The notes under the pieces: model-generated | The model's database searches: none | Seen by the model: the letters and a program-made list of their open reading frames with translations, nothing else | Told to the model about the DNA's origin: nothing | Made by a program: the position numbers and the translations under genes | Assembly: GCA_044866005.1 (NCBI GenBank) | Contig: JBIOTN010000009.1 | Span: forward strand, 1-18,690 | DNA length: 18,690 bases | Reading direction: 5' to 3' | Source of the DNA: Candidatus Rokuibacteriota bacterium | GTDB lineage: Bacteria; Methylomirabilota; Methylomirabilia; Rokubacteriales; DASRDR01 | Shown: positions 14,640-18,690 of the stretch, piece by piece | Position numbering within the stretch: position 1 is the first letter of the stretch | How the letters are laid out: every line of letters starts with the position of its first letter

Positions 14640-15322
14640 TGCTGCGAGCGGTCGGGCTCCGGAAGGGCTTCCGCGGTCCGGACGGACGGCCCGTCGAGGT
14701 CCTGCGGGATGCCCATCTCACGCTCGCCCCCGGGGAGCGCGTGGCCGTGCTCGGCCGCTCCGGCTCGGGCAAGTCCACGCTCCTCAACCTCCTGGGCTGT
14801 CTCGACCGCGCCGACGCGGGCGAGCTCTGGTTCCGCGACCGCTCGCTCACGCGCGCCAGCCGCCGCGAGCTGGCCCGCTTCCGCGGCCGCCAGCTCGGAT
14901 TCGTGTTCCAGGCCTTCCACCTGATCGCCTCGCTCACGGCCTGGGAGAACGTGCTCCTCGCCGCGCGCTACGTCGGCTGCGATCGGGCGGAGGCCGTGCG
15001 GGCGGCCGGCGGGCTCTTCGAGCGGCTCGGGATCGCGGAGCGGAAGGCGCACTACCCGCCCGCGCTCTCCGGCGGCGAGCAGCAGCGCGTGGCGTTCTGC
15101 CGGGCCGTCCTGAACGACCCGGCCGTCATCCTGGCCGACGAGCCGACCGGGAACCTCGACGAGGACAACGCCCGGGTCATCCTCGAGGAGCTCGCGACGC
15201 GCGCCCGGTCCGGCTCCGCCGCCGTCCTCCTCGTCACCCACAACGCCGAGCTGGCCCGCGCGGCGGACCGGGTGCTCCAGCTCACCGAGGGCCGCCTGGT
15301 CCCCCTCCCCGGCTCTGCCTGA
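14639..15322 (+). CDS. ABC transporter ATP-binding protein, LolD/MacB type
   Basis: TGATG overlap. Walker A GRSGSGKS, GFVFQAFHLI, signature LSGGEQQRV, Walker B/D-loop ILADEPTGNLD and LVTHN. Confidence 0.95.
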   Translation: MLRAVGLRKGFRGPDGRPVEVLRDAHLTLAPGERVAVLGRSGSGKSTLLNLLGCLDRADAGELWFRDRSLTRASRRELARFRGRQLGFVFQAFHLIASLTAWENVLLAARYVGCDRAEAVRAAGGLFERLGIAERKAHYPPALSGGEQQRVAFCRAVLNDPAVILADEPTGNLDEDNARVILEELATRARSGSAAVLLVTHNAELARAADRVLQLTEGRLVPLPGSA

Positions 15323-15346
15323 CGCGCCGGGCCGCCGCCGGAACTG

Positions 15347-15355
15347 TGGTACCCT
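15347..15355 (+). promoter_or_regulatory. Possible extended -10 element (TGGTACCCT)
   Basis: Fits TGnTAnnnT in the 70-nt gap before the CDP-alcohol phosphotransferase gene, with the same GTGGTA core as 4700-4705. Confidence 0.35.
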
Positions 15356-15392
15356 TCCGGGAGTCTCTGCGCCGGGGCGGAGCGAGCCCGGG

Positions 15393-16688
15393 ATGGCACA
15401 TCCGGCGGAAATCACGGGGGTGGGGCAGGTGACCGAGGTTCGCGCGGCGATCGTCGTGGCGACGGGGCCCGGGCCGCTCACGGTGGTCGGCGGCCTGCCG
15501 CTCGGGGCGCGCGCGGTGCTCGCGCTCCACGCGGCCGGTATCCCGCACGTCGCGGTCCTCGCCGGGGCCGGGGCGCCGCGCCTTCGAGCGGTGCTCGACC
15601 GCCGCCCGCTCGGCGCGGCAGTCGCCTGGCTCGAGGGGCCGGCGGACCTCCCGGCCCTGGAGCTGCCCGATCGGGTCCTCGTCCTCACGGGCGACCTCCT
15701 CTTCGACGGCGCGGCGCTCGCGCCGCTCCTCGCCGCGGTCCGTCCCGACGAGCATCGGGTCGTCCGCGCCTCGGCGGGGACGGCCACCGCGGCGCGCGCC
15801 GCCGTCTGCCCGCGGGCCCTCGTGCCCGCGCTCCTCGCCGCGCTGGCCGACGGCCGGCACACGCTCGGCGAGGCGCTGCTCCGCGTGGGCGGCCTGGATG
15901 GCCCCGCGGTCGCGCTGCGCGAGGGGCTCGCCGTGCCGCTCGAGGGCGCCCCCGGGCCCGCCGCCCTGGAGCGCGCGCTCCTCGACCACCTGGCCGGCCG
16001 GACGACGGTGGCGGACAGCTACCTCGCCGCGCTCGTGGATCGCCGGCTCTCCCGACCGATCACGCGCCTCCTCCTCCGCTCGCCGCTCTCCCCCTCCCAG
16101 ATCACGCTGGCCAGCATCCTCGTCGGCCTCGCCGGCGCGGCGGGTCTCGCCACGCCCTCGTATGGCGGGCGCCTGGCCGGCGTGGTCGGGCTGATCGTCT
16201 CGATCGTCCTCGACTGCGTGGACGGCGAGGTGGCGCGCGCCCGCTTCGAGCAGAGCGCGGCGGGCGCGCGCCTGGACCTCTTCGGCGATTACGCGGTGCA
16301 CCTGGCGGTCTTCGTCGGGCTCGGCGTCGGCCTCGCGCGCCAGGGGCTGACGGCAGCCGGGACGTGGGCCGCCATCGCGCTCGTGGCCGGGGTGGCGGCG
16401 GCCATGGCGACCGTCCACGGCTGGCTCGTCCGGCCGGCGCTGGCCGGCGGCGGGGACCTGCACTGGACCGGCGGCGGCGCGGGCCTGCGCGGCAGTCGCG
16501 TCGGGACCGTCGTGGAGAAGCTCGCCAGCCGCGACTACACCTACCTCCTGCTCGTCTTCGCGCTGCTGGGCCACCTCGAGTGGTTCCTCTACGCCGCCGC
16601 GGTGGGGTCCTGGCTCTTCGTGGGCGGCCTCCTCGCCTGCGTCGGCTACCAGCGCGCGGCGCCGCGCCGCCCGGCGGTCGTCGAGTGA
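15393..16688 (+). CDS. CDP-alcohol phosphatidyltransferase family protein with a degenerate N-terminal nucleotidyltransferase-like region (alternative GTG start 15429)
   Basis: Signature LDCVDGEVARARFEQSAAGARLDLFGD (DxxDGxxAR...GxxxDxxxD), RRLSRPITRLL...SPSQIT, and several TMs. The N-terminal AAIV...VGGLPL..R....L..AGI...VLTGDLLFD recalls NTP-transferase N-termini. Confidence 0.9.
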   Translation: MAHPAEITGVGQVTEVRAAIVVATGPGPLTVVGGLPLGARAVLALHAAGIPHVAVLAGAGAPRLRAVLDRRPLGAAVAWLEGPADLPALELPDRVLVLTGDLLFDGAALAPLLAAVRPDEHRVVRASAGTATAARAAVCPRALVPALLAALADGRHTLGEALLRVGGLDGPAVALREGLAVPLEGAPGPAALERALLDHLAGRTTVADSYLAALVDRRLSRPITRLLLRSPLSPSQITLASILVGLAGAAGLATPSYGGRLAGVVGLIVSIVLDCVDGEVARARFEQSAAGARLDLFGDYAVHLAVFVGLGVGLARQGLTAAGTWAAIALVAGVAAAMATVHGWLVRPALAGGGDLHWTGGGAGLRGSRVGTVVEKLASRDYTYLLLVFALLGHLEWFLYAAAVGSWLFVGGLLACVGYQRAAPRRPAVVE

Positions 16689-17698
16689 GCCGTCTCCGGA
16701 GGCACTGGATCGAGCTCGGCTGTCTCGGCCTGGGTCTCGTCGTGCTGGCCGCGACGGTCTGGACGATCGGCCTGGCGGGCCTCAGCCGCGACCTCCGGCT
16801 CCTCGGCTGGGGCCTGGCCGTGGTGCTGTGCGTGGAGAGCGCGGGGGTGCTCTGCAACACCTGGGGCTGGGGGCTCGCGTTTCCCCGGGGCGAGCGGCGC
16901 GTGAGCCGCGCGCGGCTCCTCGCCGTGCGGCTGGCGGGCGACGGCGTGAACTACCTGACGCCGTCGGCGACGGTCGGGGGCGAGCTGCTCCGCGTCCGCC
17001 TGCTCGGCGCCGCGGTGCCGCTGGGGCTGCGCTGGGCCTCGGTCAGCGCCGCGAAGATCGGCCAGACCGTCGCGCAGGCCGTCTTCATCCTGCTCGGCCT
17101 CGCCCTCGTGCTCCCGCGGCTCTACCCGACGCCGCCGCCCGCAGCGTGGCTCGCGGGCAGCGGGGGCGCCGTGCTGGTCGCGCTCGGGTTCACGTGGCTC
17201 GTCGGTCGCGGCCTCTGGGGGACGCTCCAGGGGGTCGCGCGGCGGCTCGGCGTCCGCGGCTTCATCCCGGCCGCGTGGGCGGGGCCCGGCCAGGACCTCG
17301 ACGCCGCCCTCGCGCGGCTCGGGAGCCCGCGCCTGCTCGCCTCGCTCGGCTGCTTCGTCGGCGGCTGGGCCGTCGGCGCCGCCGAGATCTACCTGATCCT
17401 CGCGTGGCTGGGCGCGGCGGTGGACTGGCAGACCGCGGTCGCCCTCGAAACAGGCTCGGTCTTCATCGATGGTATCCTCTTCTTCGTGCCCGGCAAGGTC
17501 GGCACCCAGGAGGGCGGCAAGGTCCTCCTCTTCGCCGCGCTGGGGCTGAGCCCCGCGCGCGGGTTCACCGTCGGCGTGGTGCGCCGGATCCGGGAGCTCG
17601 TCTATGCCGGGCTCGGCCTGGCGGCGCTCGGCTGGCTGACGGCCGGCCGGGCGGGCCGCGTTCCTCCCGCTCTCATACATCGATCGGAGTCGTCATGA
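16685..17698 (+). CDS. Lysylphosphatidylglycerol-synthase TM / flippase-like membrane protein (HpnL-like)
   Basis: GTGA overlap. Multi-TM, with RLAGDGVNYLTPSATVGGELLR, FFVPGKVGTQEGG and VVRRIRE. Directly upstream of hpnJ. Confidence 0.82.
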   Translation: MSRLRRHWIELGCLGLGLVVLAATVWTIGLAGLSRDLRLLGWGLAVVLCVESAGVLCNTWGWGLAFPRGERRVSRARLLAVRLAGDGVNYLTPSATVGGELLRVRLLGAAVPLGLRWASVSAAKIGQTVAQAVFILLGLALVLPRLYPTPPPAAWLAGSGGAVLVALGFTWLVGRGLWGTLQGVARRLGVRGFIPAAWAGPGQDLDAALARLGSPRLLASLGCFVGGWAVGAAEIYLILAWLGAAVDWQTAVALETGSVFIDGILFFVPGKVGTQEGGKVLLFAALGLSPARGFTVGVVRRIRELVYAGLGLAALGWLTAGRAGRVPPALIHRSESS

Positions 17699-18690
17699 GC
17701 GCCAACGAGTCCGCGCTGCGCACGCTGTTCCTGCACCCGCCGTCCTTCGAGGGGTTCGACGGGGGCGCCGGCTCGCGCTACCAGGCGCGCCGGGAGATCC
17801 GCTCCTTCTGGTACCCGACCTGGCTGGCGCAGCCCGCGGCCATGGTCCCGGGAAGCCGCCTGCTCGACGCGCCCCCGGACGGCGTCACCGTCGAGCAGGT
17901 CGTGCCGCTCGCGAAGAGCTACGACCTCGCGGTGCTCCACACCAGCACGCCGTCGTTCCCGAGCGACGCGCGCGTGGCGGAGCGCCTGAAGGCCGAGAAC
18001 CCGCAGCTCCTCATCGGCATGGTCGGCGCCCACGTGGGCGTCCTGCCGCAGCAGTCGCTCAAGGCCGCGCCGGCCGTGGACTGGGTGGGCCTCGGCGAGT
18101 TCGACTACGCCTGCGCCGAGGTCGCCGCCGGCCGGCCCCTCGGGGCGATCGGGGGGATCGCCCACCGGGAGAACGGGCGCATCCGGGTCAACCCGCCGCG
18201 CCCCACGATCGAGGAGATGGACGCGCTCCCCTTCGTCGTGGACGTCTACAAGCGCGACCTCAGGGTCGAGAACTACTTCATCGGCTACCTCCTCCACCCC
18301 TACGTCTCCCTCTACACGGGGCGGGGCTGCCGCTCCAAGTGCACGTTCTGCCTCTGGCCCCAGACGGTGGGCGGCCATCGCTATCGCACGCGCTCGGCCG
18401 GCCACGTGGTGGCGGAGATCGCGCGGGCCCAGCGACACTTCCCGCACGTGAAAGAGTACTTCTTCGACGACGACACGTTCACCGACGATCTCCCGCGCGC
18501 GGAGGCGATCGCGCGAGGGCTCGGCACGCTCGGCGTAACCTGGTCGTGCAACGCGAAGGCGAACGTGCCCTACGAGACGTTGCGCGTGCTCCGCGACAAC
18601 GGCCTGCGTCTTCTGCTGGTCGGCTACGAGTCGGGGAGCCAGGACATCCTGAACCGGGTGAAGAAGGGGATTCGCCTCGACATCGCCCGC
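17695..18690 (+). CDS. hpnJ: Hopanoid biosynthesis-associated radical SAM protein HpnJ (3' end beyond window)
   Basis: Translated by hand because it is absent from the ORF track. ATGA overlap. MSANESALRTLFLHPPSFEGFDGGAGSRYQARREIRSFWYPTWLAQPAA, YFIGYLLHPYVSLYTGRGCRSKCTFCLWPQT (CxxxCxxC codons 18328, 18340, 18349), FFDDDTF, WSCNAKANVP and LLLVGYESG. Confidence 0.93.
   Translation, partial: MSANESALRTLFLHPPSFEGFDGGAGSRYQARREIRSFWYPTWLAQPAAMVPGSRLLDAPPDGVTVEQVVPLAKSYDLAVLHTSTPSFPSDARVAERLKAENPQLLIGMVGAHVGVLPQQSLKAAPAVDWVGLGEFDYACAEVAAGRPLGAIGGIAHRENGRIRVNPPRPTIEEMDALPFVVDVYKRDLRVENYFIGYLLHPYVSLYTGRGCRSKCTFCLWPQTVGGHRYRTRSAGHVVAEIARAQRHFPHVKEYFFDDDTFTDDLPRAEAIARGLGTLGVTWSCNAKANVPYETLRVLRDNGLRLLLVGYESGSQDILNRVKKGIRLDIAR

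Noticed and set aside
1293..15432. Long alternative-frame plus-strand ORFs rich in R/A/P/G (e.g. 1293-3311, 4998-5924, 10294-11328, 14023-15432)
   Set aside because: They are off-frame read-throughs caused by stop-codon scarcity and overlap genes with clear family motifs.
3571..16684. Apparent long N-terminal extensions or fusions in the ORF track (686-aa acyltransferase, 790-aa CLF, 590-aa GT2, 758-aa halogenase, 988-aa flavoprotein, 444-aa membrane protein)
   Set aside because: The extensions overlap the upstream genes. True starts are better placed at 4717, 8296, 9555, 10340, 13122, 14639 and 16685, most of which form stop/start overlaps.
1432..18447. Many long minus-strand ORFs (e.g. 1432-3651, 4309-5754, 5594-8152, 7951-9531, 12957-14585, 17602-18447)
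   Set aside because: They are antisense shadows of well-supported plus-strand genes in very GC-rich DNA and carry no recognisable motifs. 17602-18447 is simply the reverse of hpnJ.
2152..18690. Ladderane-type cluster (KS genes plus methyltransferase plus radical SAM)
   Set aside because: The sole radical SAM protein has the characteristic HpnJ N-terminus and belongs to the hopanoid module. Nothing else specifically supports ladderane synthesis.
1..18690. rRNA, tRNA, transposase/integrase, or a compositionally foreign island
   Set aside because: None was recognised. Coding density is high and composition looks uniformly GC-rich by eye.

Overview
This is a very GC-rich bacterial window; its source cannot be determined from the sequence alone. 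It holds 17 supportable CDSs plus one doubtful small ORF. A lipoprotein HtrA/DegP-type protease (minus strand) is transcribed divergently from a ~17 kb plus-strand block. The first part of that block is an aryl-polyene-like but non-canonical type II FAS/PKS cluster. In order, it encodes a papain/C39-like lipoprotein, an active ketosynthase (KS) with a catalytically dead partner, an ACP, an LpxL-family acyltransferase, a stand-alone type-I-PKS-like C-methyltransferase, a second KS and dead partner, a GT2, a flavin-dependent halogenase-like enzyme, and a MacB/LolCDE-type ABC transporter. The transporter's permease and ATPase genes are separated by a 15-bp tandem repeat and a TcuA-family flavoprotein. 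No ketoreductase, dehydratase, acyl-AMP ligase or thioesterase is present in the window. A membrane-lipid/hopanoid module follows: a CDP-alcohol phosphotransferase, an HpnL/LPG-synthase-TM-like protein, and hpnJ (cut by the window edge and missing from the supplied ORF track). The best candidate for a new system is a pathway to a methylated, possibly halogenated (glyco)lipid or polyketide lipid next to hopanoid-tailoring genes. A shared ~30-bp promoter-like motif precedes both KS modules. All family calls come from motif recognition by eye, not database searches.
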